Positions 1-11,562 of a stretch of 64,000 nt of DNA are shown piece after piece. This DNA is from Ascidiella aspersa (taxonomy: Eukaryota), in the NCBI GenBank assembly GCA_963924565.1, contig OZ004610.1, positions 4,712,001 to 4,776,000 on the forward strand, read 5' to 3'. A program made the translations under genes and the position numbers. Positions within the stretch are counted from its first letter, which is position 1; every line of letters begins with the position of its first letter. The notes beneath the pieces are model-generated. The model was given only the letters and a program-made list of their open reading frames with translations. It searched no databases and was not told the origin of the DNA.

Positions 1-334
1 GAAGTTTTTTCTCGACAAACACCTTGAGTTGCTTCTGAATAACCAACCAAGTAACGAGTTGCTTAAAAGATGTATTCACGTCGCTATCATTTCTTTTGAT
101 GACAAGAACATTTTCAGGTGGTCTTGACCATTTTAAACGCTGGTCATAAGGGTCGATTTCATATTGTCTGTAAAGTTCTTCTTTTTGGGTGGACGCCTTT
201 GGACCAAACATACAGTCAGGCTGGGGGCCAATTAACGACTTGGCCCGTATGAAAGGATTTTTTTGTTTTTTTTGCATTTTGCTGCTTGATTTTACTGGCG
301 TTTTGATCTTTACCAACTTTTTTTCGTTTTCCAT
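1..334 (-). CDS. NADK: NAD kinase, N-terminal part (partial, continues beyond window start)
   Basis: Open minus-strand frame from ATG at 334 (in-frame TAA upstream): MENEKK...FIRAKSLIGPQPDCMFGPKAS...IDPYDQRLKWSRPPENVLVIKRNDSDVNTSFKQLVTWLVIQKQLKVFVEKKL. This matches the metazoan NADK N-terminal pattern RxxSLxGPxPxxxFGPKA...DPxxQRLxWxxxPxxVLVIK...VxVEKK. Not in the ORF track because there is no stop in the window. Confidence 0.9.
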   Translation of the reverse strand, partial: MENEKKLVKIKTPVKSSSKMQKKQKNPFIRAKSLIGPQPDCMFGPKASTQKEELYRQYEIDPYDQRLKWSRPPENVLVIKRNDSDVNTSFKQLVTWLVIQKQLKVFVEKKL

Positions 335-3300
335 TTTTACAGATTCACTGACATTTTAAACAACACATTTTCTGTAATTTTTAAATTTAAAATGATGACT
401 TTAGAAACCTGTATAAACATATATGTAGAAGTTTTGAAAAACTTTAATTTGAAATACATTATCAGGAAATTGAATGATAATGGTTGGTAGCCTGAACAAA
501 ATGTAATATGTAATTCCGGCTCAAAATCTGTAACAGTTAAGAATAAAATTTAACAGCAAATTGTCTCTTCATTTACTTGACACCTCCTGAATAATTTAGC
601 ACAGTGGTGCAGTAACTTGATTAAAAGCAAGTTTACAATTGAATGAAAAGGGATTTTCTGCTCCAGTGTACACAGCATTTTGTGAATGTACTTCTACTAT
701 TTTACTTGTATTTGTCCCACAGAGCTAAGGCACATATTTAATCTATTGTTTGCATATATTTGATTATTTTATGTTCGTTTACCACAATATAGTCTAAAAT
801 ATATTTAATAGGCTAATAAACTATTGTAAAGTAACTTGTAGTATAAATGTAATCCTCAGCGTTGTTAATTTATTTTTGGTATTCAGCCAGATCCACTTAA
901 ATATTTAAAGCTCAGAAAAAAGTCCAGTAATGCTGTTTGAGTCAAATGTGTAGATGGACCTTATGTTTACACCTAACAGCTATGGTACATTTTCAAAATA
1001 ATTTAGCATCATATTTGTTTGCAATACAGTTTTTCATTTAAATACAAACATATTCCCTTGATAAATTATAAAGTATCCTTACTAAGACTTATATAACTTC
1101 TGTGTTTAATTATCTGCCAACTAAGTATAACCCTACTGGCATATAGTCCATTGGTCTATGATGTAAACATAATGTAACCTTATACACATCCTTAACAATA
1201 GCCGGACTGTAAAACAACATGTTGCCTAAATACGGTTCATCTAGTTTTGGTATCCGGTCGAGTTATATGCATGAATAACACTCATTAAACGCTGCCTGCC
1301 CGTCATATTAACACCAAACTATGAATCGCATGCAATAAAATGTCACTAACACTGTTTTAATTGCGTCATGTCAAGGTACGCACCGCTTTCTAAACGGGGT
1401 TTAACCCAGTTTAAATTTTGCAAATGACGCATCATGCTTATACATCATTTCTGCTCTCGCGTTTGATTGATTGGAGCGGCTTCCGAAAATTCAGCTGTGC
1501 CAGCCAGGACATAGCGTTTAAGGAAACATGTAACTGCACGATTGAACAAACCACGATTTCGTATTTGTTTAGGTACTTTTTGAGGGGTTAGTTGTCATTG
1601 TCATAGGCGCGCGAATTCAGTAATGCATGCCTGCTGTATATTTTAAGGTGCTTTAAGCGCCAAAGTAGTTTCCTAAAGCTGTCTAACAATCTTCAAATAT
1701 ATAAAATAGTCTATACGATTTCATAGAAGATCAAACCCTAAGAAAACTACATACCTGCATTAATAGAAGTTATGAAATGGCATTTTGAAATGCAAATAAC
1801 TATTTTAAAAGCAATAAGTTTGTTAGACATATAAGCTAAACTCAAAAAACTAAAACTTATGTCAAACTGGGAAACAAGTAAAAAACGGTGAGTTTTAGAA
1901 ATAGCGGCACTGCTCCTTCTGCCGTCTTCATGTGAATCGACCCAAAACATCGATAAATGCTAGCACCAGTATTTACCCTTTCAAGTTAGCGTTGTTTGCG
2001 TCAAAAATCACCTGCTACGTTTTCGCCTGGCTTCATACAGCATAAAACGCCTTCTTTAGCGCTACGCCGCGTGCAGACCTTACTGTTTTGACAAAGCAGT
2101 TAGTGATCCGTAATGTCATGATTACGGGTTAACAAGTTCGCTTCTGGGTGAACTTAGCACTTTGGTCACGCATTTTTATACGAACTGGCCTATTTACACA
2201 GTTTACATCACCAATCTAACTTGAGTTGGCGCAATGTACGCACACAGCCACATATGACCAAAGAAAGTGTTATTCGTAGGCTGTTAAAAGATGAAGCTTA
2301 TTTCACTTATAACGGGCGTAGGCGTAGACTGAAAAGCAAACATGCACTATAGACATAGTCGTTATACTTCTTTCACTTACACGATAGCAGGTTTATTTCA
2401 TCAAAGCACAAATTTTACTTGGGTTTTATAGTTTAAAACTATTGTAAATTGCACCTTACTGGACGAAAACTTACTGCCTAAGTTGACACCAAACCCCACT
2501 GTTACTAAAAGCTGACTAAACAGCAAACAGGTTGGCAAACAAAAACACAAGCTTGGGACTGAAATGAATTCAAAAGCACTTCGTGATACATAACCCTGAG
2601 ACATCATTGCGCGTAATGCATTTTTGATTTATGTTAAAGTCATTCGTCTTCCAAAATCGGCCTAATAACAATTATCTTATATCGAACGCTTCAATGTTTA
2701 GTGTAAAACTCTAAGGTGTGTTTTGTTGTATCTGCTGTTGCTTCAATCTTGATAGGTCTAAGTTAATGATTGCCTTGGGCCTAAGTGGAATGGTCACGAT
2801 AGCCAACTATTACGACCGACAGCTGAAATTATTGCAAAGTGTATAAATAGACCTGGGCATGTTGGATGTTTGCATTGTCCGCTTTAAGCTGCGCAACTGC
2901 AAACCATTGGCGCAGTGAAAAATCTGCTTCTTGCATTCGCATATCCAGCTATATTGCGAAATAAACAAAGTGTATAAACATTAAAAACCGCAAAAACAAA
3001 AGTGACAAATCCTACTCGCATTTTTCTAATATGTTCTATTTCATTAAGTCTGCAAACAGCTCACTTTAAGGGAATATATAATGCATGTTTAGCCTAGCAG
3101 TGTTGCAATGACGTGTTTTTGATTGACTTGACTTAGGGGAATCGTGTTTGACTGGTTGACGAATTAGGGAATTAGTTAACTTCCTTGTAGGCTCAATATG
3201 GTAATATCGTTTTGCTGTAATGCATTTCCTGATGCATTTTCGCAAAATTTTGCCTCGCTGTACTGAACACGATAACATAATTATATTTTAAATCAAGGTT

Positions 3301-4003
3301 GGAAATAAGAGAAGTCCATTAAACTTGAATATCTTTACCCTTTACTTTACGTTTTTTTTTAGGCACGATTGTTCAAAGCCAGTTATACCTGAATACAATA
3401 TGAGCTCGGCCACATACATAACTAAATGAATTACATTAAATCCAAAATTAAGCCGCAGAAAATGTTATAGGACAAAATAGTCCCTCAAAGCGTTAGTTTA
3501 TAATCACATTGAAAGGGGCTAATACAGTAATAATCAAAAACGTAATAACTATTGTTGAAAAAAGCTGTAGGCTAAGCTTTGTTTTTATGTTTCCAGGCTG
3601 TACAAATTTGCTAACCTGCCTAAAACGTCGAAAACATCGTATTCTGTATAATATTAAGTAAGTTTTCAAATTCAAGTTGGTGAATAATAAAAAAGGCATT
3701 TAAAATAAAAACGAGCACTTTAAGGAATTCCCCCAAAACACCGCTGATTGATTCGCTTGAGTGATTCGCCTTAAAAAGCTACGTGACTTACTTTGCTGAG
3801 TCATATTTGAAAGATTTACAGCGAATTTAATTTAATGTTAATGCTAATTTGCTAAAGCGAATTTAATTTAATGTTAGTGTAAAAAAGAAAGTGGCTATTT
3901 GACCAAATCGCTCTTGTAGACTTGCACCCGCCAGTGATCATATGTCGATTTGAACTAGTTTTATATCGGGGAGAATAGCCTCTTCCAAAACGTTACTTAG
4001 CAG

Positions 4004-4275
4004 GGCGCTCTTTTACTTATGTACGTGAAAATTATTAAAAAAAAACTTTCTTCAAATGCCGCATACCACAACGTATATTGTTTGGGTTAGCGTGCGGGTT
4101 AGCGTTTGGTTGAGGGTTGGTCAAGTTATTATTAATAATAAACATAATATTACTTGACCCACCCTCACCCAAACGCTAACCCGCACCCTAACCAAAACAA
4201 TATGCGTTGTGGTATGCGGTATCATTTTGTTTTGTTTTTTGCATAACTTTTCATGTACGTAAGTAGAAGAGCGCG
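4004..4275. mobile_element. Palindromic MITE/foldback element with 8-bp TSD
   Basis: Nearly the whole element is an imperfect inverted repeat (ggcgctcttttacttatgtac...gtacgtaagtagaagagcgcg), flanked by the direct repeat cttagcag at 3996-4003 and 4276-4283. Confidence 0.85.
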
Positions 4276-4627
4276 CTTAGCAGTTGATGCAATAAACAGC
4301 CACCAATTACGCCCAGTTTCCAAAACTGCTACATCAGTTAATTATCTTAGATAAAAAATTAGTAAAGTTACAACTCCTTTGCAGAAGTGCTGGGGCTATT
4401 ACTGTTTTTAGGTAACTTATAGAAATGATTTAAATAGATAAATTGACTTATTTTTATGAGCAAACAAATATATATACTCCAACTATTTTATCACTTATCT
4501 GTATACCGTATATACATTTGTATCTTGTTTATGTCAGTATTGCCACTAAATAAACTTGTGTTTTTTATCAACTTTAAAAATGAATTGTTTTTGCATGAAA
4601 GCTAACATAGATTACCAATGAACAAAA

Positions 4628-5800
4628 ATGAGCTATAAAAACATTAGTCGAATAAAAAAAGTAGGTGCAAAGTTTTTACCGCTTGTCTTTGGAATTTCTG
4701 CTGGTTACATCGGTTTTGACTATGCAAAAAGAAACCACAGGTCTTTTCTGCTTTGTCTATCAACAACTGCGGAATGCAAAAGTTTGGAGACACTGCCCAC
4801 TGCTCTAAATATCTCAAAGCTGATGGCTCCACCAGTAACAAAGCTATCAACATTAAACACAAACCAGGATAAAGTTGCAACCAAAATGGAACTCTTAATC
4901 ATGGAAACACAGGCAAAAGTTTGCAGGGCTATTGAAGCTTTAGAAGATGGTAAAAAATTTGAAGTTGACGAGTGGAAAAAAGACAACAACACGGGCGGAG
5001 GCATTACCTGTGTGCTACAAGACGGAAAAGTTTTCGAAAAAGCTGGGGTCAATGTGTCTGTTGTTTACGGAAATTTATCTGATGGAGCTGAAAAGCAAAT
5101 GAGGGCTAGAGGAAAGAGCTTTGAAAGATTTAAAGATGGAACTCTGCCTTACAAAGCTATGGGAGTGAGTTCTGTTATTCATCCGACTAATCCCCACTGT
5201 CCAACCATCCACTTTAACTACAGATACTTTGAAGTTTCAAGCGCTGACGGCACACAGGATTTTTGGTTTGGCGGTGGAACAGACCTGACTCCGATGTATT
5301 TCGACGAAACCGATGTCAAGCATTTTCACAGACAGTTGAAATTAGCTTGTGATGAGCACGATACAGAGCTGTACCCAAAATACAAAAAATGGTGTGACGA
5401 ATACTTTTTTATTCCCATCCGCGGCGAATGCAGGGGAGTCGGTGGGATATTTTTCGACGATGTTTGTGAGCCAACCGCAGAAAAATCCCTTGATTTTGTC
5501 CGGTCGTGTGCAAACGCAATCGTTCCCTGTTACATTCCAATTATCACCAAAAACAAAAACAAACCGTTCACCCCAGAGCAGAAACACTGGCAACAACTAC
5601 GCCGAGGTCGCTACGTGGAGTTTAACCTGGTTTACGATCGCGGCACAAAGTTTGGATTTCAAACGCCAGGAGCTCGCATTGAAAGTATTCTCATGTCTCT
5701 ACCTCTTACGGCCAGATGGGAATACATGCATTTGCCAAAGCTTGGAACTCCGGAACATGAATTACTGGACATACTAAAACACCCGAGAGATTGGTTGTAA
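4628..5800 (+). CDS. CPOX: Oxygen-dependent coproporphyrinogen-III oxidase, mitochondrial; single coding exon
   Basis: 390-aa ORF with the family motifs [81 protein letters not shown] and ESILMSLP. The N-terminus is basic then hydrophobic, like a targeting leader. Confidence 0.98.
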   Translation: MSYKNISRIKKVGAKFLPLVFGISAGYIGFDYAKRNHRSFLLCLSTTAECKSLETLPTALNISKLMAPPVTKLSTLNTNQDKVATKMELLIMETQAKVCRAIEALEDGKKFEVDEWKKDNNTGGGITCVLQDGKVFEKAGVNVSVVYGNLSDGAEKQMRARGKSFERFKDGTLPYKAMGVSSVIHPTNPHCPTIHFNYRYFEVSSADGTQDFWFGGGTDLTPMYFDETDVKHFHRQLKLACDEHDTELYPKYKKWCDEYFFIPIRGECRGVGGIFFDDVCEPTAEKSLDFVRSCANAIVPCYIPIITKNKNKPFTPEQKHWQQLRRGRYVEFNLVYDRGTKFGFQTPGARIESILMSLPLTARWEYMHLPKLGTPEHELLDILKHPRDWL

Positions 5801-8214
5801 CTGAAACTTTTACAGTACAACACCCTTGCCAAGAGACGCTATTCAGACAATCTTCATTATACCACTGGTAACTCCGTCAAGGAAAAAAATAACATTAACT
5901 TCAAATCAAAAAAAGTGTTTTTTTTTTAATTCGGCCATAATCAATATAAATCATTTTATAGCAGGGGAAATTTTTTGTAACTTGGACCCCTAAAAATGTT
6001 TTTTAAACTAAAAACATTTGCCTATAATAGCGTCATTATCTTGTGCTACATCTTTGCTAAAGACTGACTTTAATTTGGCAGAAAATTATGAAAAATGTGA
6101 ACCTTTGTGCCACATTTTTAACAGAAAAGCGTATATAAAGCTGCCAAATTTTTCATGTGCTTTTGTTGCTGTTAATTTTTTAGTTTTTTTGTACTATCAC
6201 ATTAACACATGCTGGCCCGCTTGTGCGAATAATAACATACTCCAACTTTGTACTTTTTAGATTACTGTGTATTTATAATTTTTAGAACATTCCTATTTTT
6301 GTTTTTTTATGCGCTAGACCATGACATTGAAATTGACCATGGAGGTTTAATTTAAACGGCATTATTGCGTTTTAGTTAAACGTTTAGCAATAAAAAATAA
6401 TAATGTCAAATTATATTAACCAATTGATATATATGTATATATAATATAAAGATGGATCTTGTAAACTTTCCCAAAAATATATTAAATTTAAAATTCTAAA
6501 TTAAATACAAGAATTGTTACAATATATAAAAAAAATATTCTTTGCTATTGCACAAAGACTTAGAAAGTACAACACTTCTATCTGAGCTGACCTTCTATAC
6601 TACACAGCCTTCCGTTAGTTTGTCTATCCTTATAACAAATGACATCAATATGCAGCATGTCATAATTTATACGAAGCATAAACAACGACGCTACATTAAT
6701 TGATACGAGCTCGGACTCCCACCGTATTTAATGACGCATAATAGCAGCCTTCTGTAAAATGGCAGTCATTGCAGTTCTGACACAAAACAACAAAAAAACA
6801 ATTGCAACAACACGCGTAATTTCGTGTTACGTCGTTATTTTGGCTGAAATTTTTCAAAGTCTATTTTTATGCAAACCGCGTCAGTATGGTCTCGATGATG
6901 ACCCAAATTCAGCGGCATTTAGAGAACAAAGTCAGAATAGTGAGACTCCTTATTTGGAAATTCTTTATAATAAACTTCGGGGGGGGGGAGGCAAGGTACA
7001 GGGGCGCCAAAATGAGGCTTACAAAATTTTCACAACAAGCAAAAAACGATCATAAGCAAGATCGCTCCAGCGGCTGTGGCAGATGTCATGACAGATGCAT
7101 CTGATACGACACCCTTACTGATGCTGTTCCCAGCCATTCACAGCAGCCAAGATCCTGATTCTGCGTGCAGCTGGTTTCGTCTAACTCAGTGTTTTTTAAC
7201 CTTTATTAAACCGCGCCCCCTTGGTAATTGTCTGCGCTTTGCGCCCCCCTACAACAACAACCAATTAGGTATGTTTGAATTACATATTAGTAAGACAACA
7301 TAAAAAATAGTAAAGTGTATCGTTGGTCGCACGTAGCGCGAAAAATGTTCAGTTTATTTGGTTGAATTAGCTAAAAACAGGTTCGTGTCTCCGTGCATGT
7401 TTTTAGCCTGTTATCATACATAAAATAGTTGGAAAGGGGCATAACATTTATCGTTTTTCTATAAGTTAGCCAAACTATAATTTGCATAGGACCGTTATAT
7501 TTTCTATGCACGTTATATCTTCGCAAAACATGCAAAGGTACTCACAGAGACTTTGTGCTAAAAACAATTGTCAACAAAACAAGAAAAACACAAGTAAATA
7601 AAAGAGACCTTTTTTAAGTTTTAATCGTAAAGTTGGACAAAAACGGAGTTTGTACAGACGTAGGCCTAGAAGTGGTGCCAAACTCAATTGCACAACTTAC
7701 AACTATATCATTGTTCCGACTAAACATAGTCGTAATTGGTCGTAAAATGTAGCAATCATAGTCAAGCAACTGAAAAACTACCAAAAATTATTTAGTAGCG
7801 AAGCTCGCAAATCCACGAACAATGTCTTCAGTCAGCTACACGTGTAATTTTATTGTACAGTATATCATAAAAAAAACAGAATGAACACCAAACGAAACCA
7901 TAAAAAAACACTACATAAAGTTAAACATTGAATTAGAGCTCGCGCCCCCCTTAAGAATTGCTTGGCACCCTTATAGGCACAAACACCGTCAATTCTTCAC
8001 CATAGAAAAACACAAAGTATTATATATTTTTGTTTGTTACTTCGATGCACTTCGCTGACAAAAAACAAACTTAGATGGAAAATAGTCGACAAGATTAATA
8101 AAAATACGTAAAACTCCAATAGACACATCTGCGCCAAAAGCCAAGACTCGTTTCGTGATGGTTTGAGCCGAACTGCTGTAAAACAGACCTAAACAAAATG
8201 CTTGATCTGGTGTA

Positions 8215-8860
8215 TTTATCTAAACAGAAGAAACAGGCGACGTAAGAGAATGCCTGGAGAAAAAGCAAAATATGTAGGACTTTTATCAGAAGAAGAAATT
8301 GTGGGCGTTTTAAAGAATCCATTTGATCGGCTTCAACATGAGATGTTAACACGTTTTTCACGACTAAAAGACCTAAACAATAAATTTGGATTTTTGCTTG
8401 ACGTTAAGACTCTTCTATCTGACACAGACGAGGATGCAGTATGCGTCGAAATTGTGCAGATTTTGCAAATTTCTACGACACGGACATCAATAGCAACGAA
8501 CTTTTCATTGAAATTGGTGATTGTCGAATGCTTATTAGTAATCGAACTGAAATTCTACCAGAAACTCCTTTTGGAGTCCTTTAGAGTTTATTGGTTTTAT
8601 TGTGTTTTATGGGGATGACGGATTTCCCAATCTGCGAATTTCACAACAAATTCTGTTAACAATAGCAGTTTCAATTGCAAGTTGTGAGCGGTCGTTCAGC
8701 AAATTAAAACTTATTTCGTCGTATCTGCGTGCATTAATGGGACAGGATTTTCTCAGTGACCTTGCTATTCTTACCGTTGAAAGAAAAATATTGGAAACAA
8801 CAGATTTCGATGACGTGATTGACCAGTTTGCGACAGTGAAATCAAGAACAATAAATCTAT
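8215..8860 (+). pseudogene. Frameshifted hAT transposase C-terminal remnant (hAT dimerisation domain)
   Basis: ORF pieces RRRKRMPGEKA...FDRLQHEMLTRFSRLKDLNNKFGFLLD and FPNLRISQQILLTIAVSIASCERSFSKLKLISSYLRALMGQDFLSDLAIL (ASCERSFSKLKL motif) lie in different frames. A right-end-like terminus ...cgctacgcctctg follows at 9103. Confidence 0.9.
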
Positions 8861-9310
8861 CTATTGTAGACTTTGTACTGGTAAATCATTTCATGTTTGA
8901 CAGTGACTGAGTAAGTCATATGCTGTAGTTTGTATAACGCTTTTTCTTTAAATACCTACATTGTTCTACTAAAATTTGAATTGTTTTCCGTATGAAGTAG
9001 GGTATATTATGTTAATTTAATAGAAAATATGATGAAACATAGAGGATGGGGCGCCAAAGTTATAGTTTGTCCCCGGGCGCAAAATACCCTCGCTACGCCT
9101 CTGACGTAAGCCACGAGTAGCTATCGGCATGGTGCTTGCTTTTAACAATACAGGAAGCACGTTTTCAGTTGTTATGCGTGAGTAATATGTCCACATATCT
9201 ATCAAAAGCTTAATTGACAAATATCGAAGTACGGCAGGGCCACCGTTTGTGCATTAGAAGTGATTACTACATAAAAAACTTAAATTTAAAAGTATTAGAT
9301 AGCTTGTTTG

Positions 9311-9813
9311 TAGCGTTCTAATGACTTAGCCTTAGTCAGTGACTTTACTTCAGTGCAATTAAGCCACTGTTTTAAAATAACTTGACTTTATACAAGTCCT
9401 TCGGACAAACGACTTGACTTGACTTAAGTCTTTTGGACAAAATGTTGAAATAAAGTGTTTTTATTAGGTGCGGTACGGTAGCCTATGTTTCTATAAAATT
9501 GGGTTATTTATCTCAATTTGTGCACGTACAAATGCAAGCTTAATAACTAGTTTCGTGTTTTTGTTATTTTTTAGTTGAGTTATTGCTTAGAATCGGAAAA
9601 CTTTACAATTGTAATAGTTTAACGCTTAATTTTTATTGCAAGGACTTGGCTTGGAGTTGACTCGGTCTAAATATGACTTGGGTGGGACTTGGCAATTTAT
9701 TCATAAAGACTTGACTTGGACTCAATATGTTTTACAAATTACTTGACTCGGAATTTAGGTTATTTTTGCAAAAGTAACATAAGTCATTTTAAAATAACTT
9801 GTTTACTACACTG
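9311..9813. mobile_element. Non-autonomous hAT-like element (gactt/aagtc-repeat family)
   Basis: 8-bp TSD cttgtttg at 9303-9310 and 9814-9821, with gacttgactt subterminal repeats. Homologous in reverse orientation to 33027-33465. Confidence 0.8.
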
Positions 9814-10940
9814 CTTGTTTGGCTTTAAAAACGTAAGAGTTCGCTTGGCAATTGGTAGGTTTGCATATATTGGATCTACCTCCAACAAAAAGGGTTCGTT
9901 GTTTTCAGCTTTTTCACATTCCACAGCTGTATTATTTTCCCTTTTTTAACAAACAAGGTCGATTATGTTTCACAGTTGCAAAATAACTTTCTAGTACTTA
10001 TCAGAGTGCCAGCGGAAGTTTATTCTAGTAGCATCGGGACAAAACTATTTATAGGGTTGTAGGCCTACTAGCTTTAATTGGTAGTTCATCATAAAAAAAC
10101 AGAAAATTTGGCGTAGCGGTTATGAAAAGATTTCTCGAAAAAATAAAAATAAAACGAAATTCTGTACCACTAAAACATAATGCGTCCATTTGTTGAAAAC
10201 TGGTTAGTACTTGCTCCCAAACAGGAAACGAGACCTATATCCTTTAATTTACAACGCATCCTATGAATTAATATCCCTTCTATGTTACGCAACAGTTTAT
10301 CAATTGAAATTAGTTCCCAGTAACAAGTCAATTTACAGGTTATGTTATATAACTTGTATTAGTGTCAAAACTTGCATGGTTTTATGTATTCCGTGGTTGA
10401 GGGTGAATCAATTATGACACCCCTATGACTGAATTGGTGAATTTCAACCTTATTGTAGTTACGTAAATGGGTGAAATGCTGGCTCTACATCTAGAGTCAG
10501 AGCCGGACCTGGAACTCAATGAAATCGCACATTTAGCCGGAGTCGGGTCGGGTTATATTTTTTGGTGGTAGTCGGACTCGCTTATTTTAGAACAACTCCG
10601 CAGGCTTGCAGAAAACTAGAAGCATTGGGGTAAGACAGTTTGTAGATTAAAGAAAATTTATGAACGGACAGAGTTATTTAAAAGGTGTTTTTTGAGGATC
10701 TTTTAAAATATAGCCTACTTTTGTAACTGCGGCAGAAAATCAGCAGTTAGCTCAGTTGACATTTTGGAGTTTCTTAACAATCAACCAGGCGTAACGTCGT
10801 TCTTCTCTGGCGCAATCGGTTGTAAAATCGCTGTCGAAATGATGATTCGGCAAATTTTAGTAGTAAAGCAACCCGACTCGAATTTGTAAAACTTGGTGAA
10901 GTTTTATGATTTGAGCAAATATTGAGTAGGAGTTGAAACA

Positions 10941-11158
10941 GGGGTAATACTAATTTACGAAATGATGAATGGCCGGAATGGTCGGAACGCTCACTAATTT
11001 AAGTGTCGCTCCGTTAAAACAATTATTAAACCAACGCACAATATTTGGGCTAGGGTGAGAGTTAGCGTTTAGGTGAAGGTGGGTCAAGTGTTATTATATT
11101 TAATAATAATACTGTGAGCGTTCCGACCATTCATCATTTCGTAAATTAGTGTTACCCC
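10941..11158. mobile_element. MITE with ~32-50-bp TIRs
   Basis: TIRs ggggtaatactaatttacgaaatgatgaatgg / ccattcatcatttcgtaaattagtgttacccc, with flanking direct repeat gaaaca(gg). The internal core is shared with 4004-4275. Confidence 0.8.
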
Positions 11159-11562
11159 GAAACAGGAATTGCCTTTTTTGGCGTGATGCTGCTTTAAGCT
11201 TCAGTTAAACAAAGCGTTTCATTTTGATTTTGTTAAACAGGAGAGCTTTGGTGGTTTAGAGACGCGTTTGGTTAAAAGTGATTATTAGTATAGCTATTTA
11301 AAAATAAACTTCCTGCCAAATTTTGCACAGCATTCTGTACGCAAGGATTTTTCTATAATGACTGTTTTTAAAAGCAAATATTAATTTACCCTATTTTGTT
11401 GACAAGGTTTCATTTAAAAGAATAATAATTGGAAAAATAAAAGGCCATCTTTTATATTTTTGCTGTGTTTAGTTTGAGTTGTTAAAACGTTTGTTTATAA
11501 CTATGTAAGTAATAAGCTGTTTTCTGTATTTTGCTTTCGTTGTTTAGAAGTATTTAATTGTA

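Noticed and set aside
4644-5777. Antisense and alternate-frame ORFs over CPOX
   Set aside because: Shadow ORFs of the real CDS. The same applies to most short ORF-track entries over exons and MITEs.
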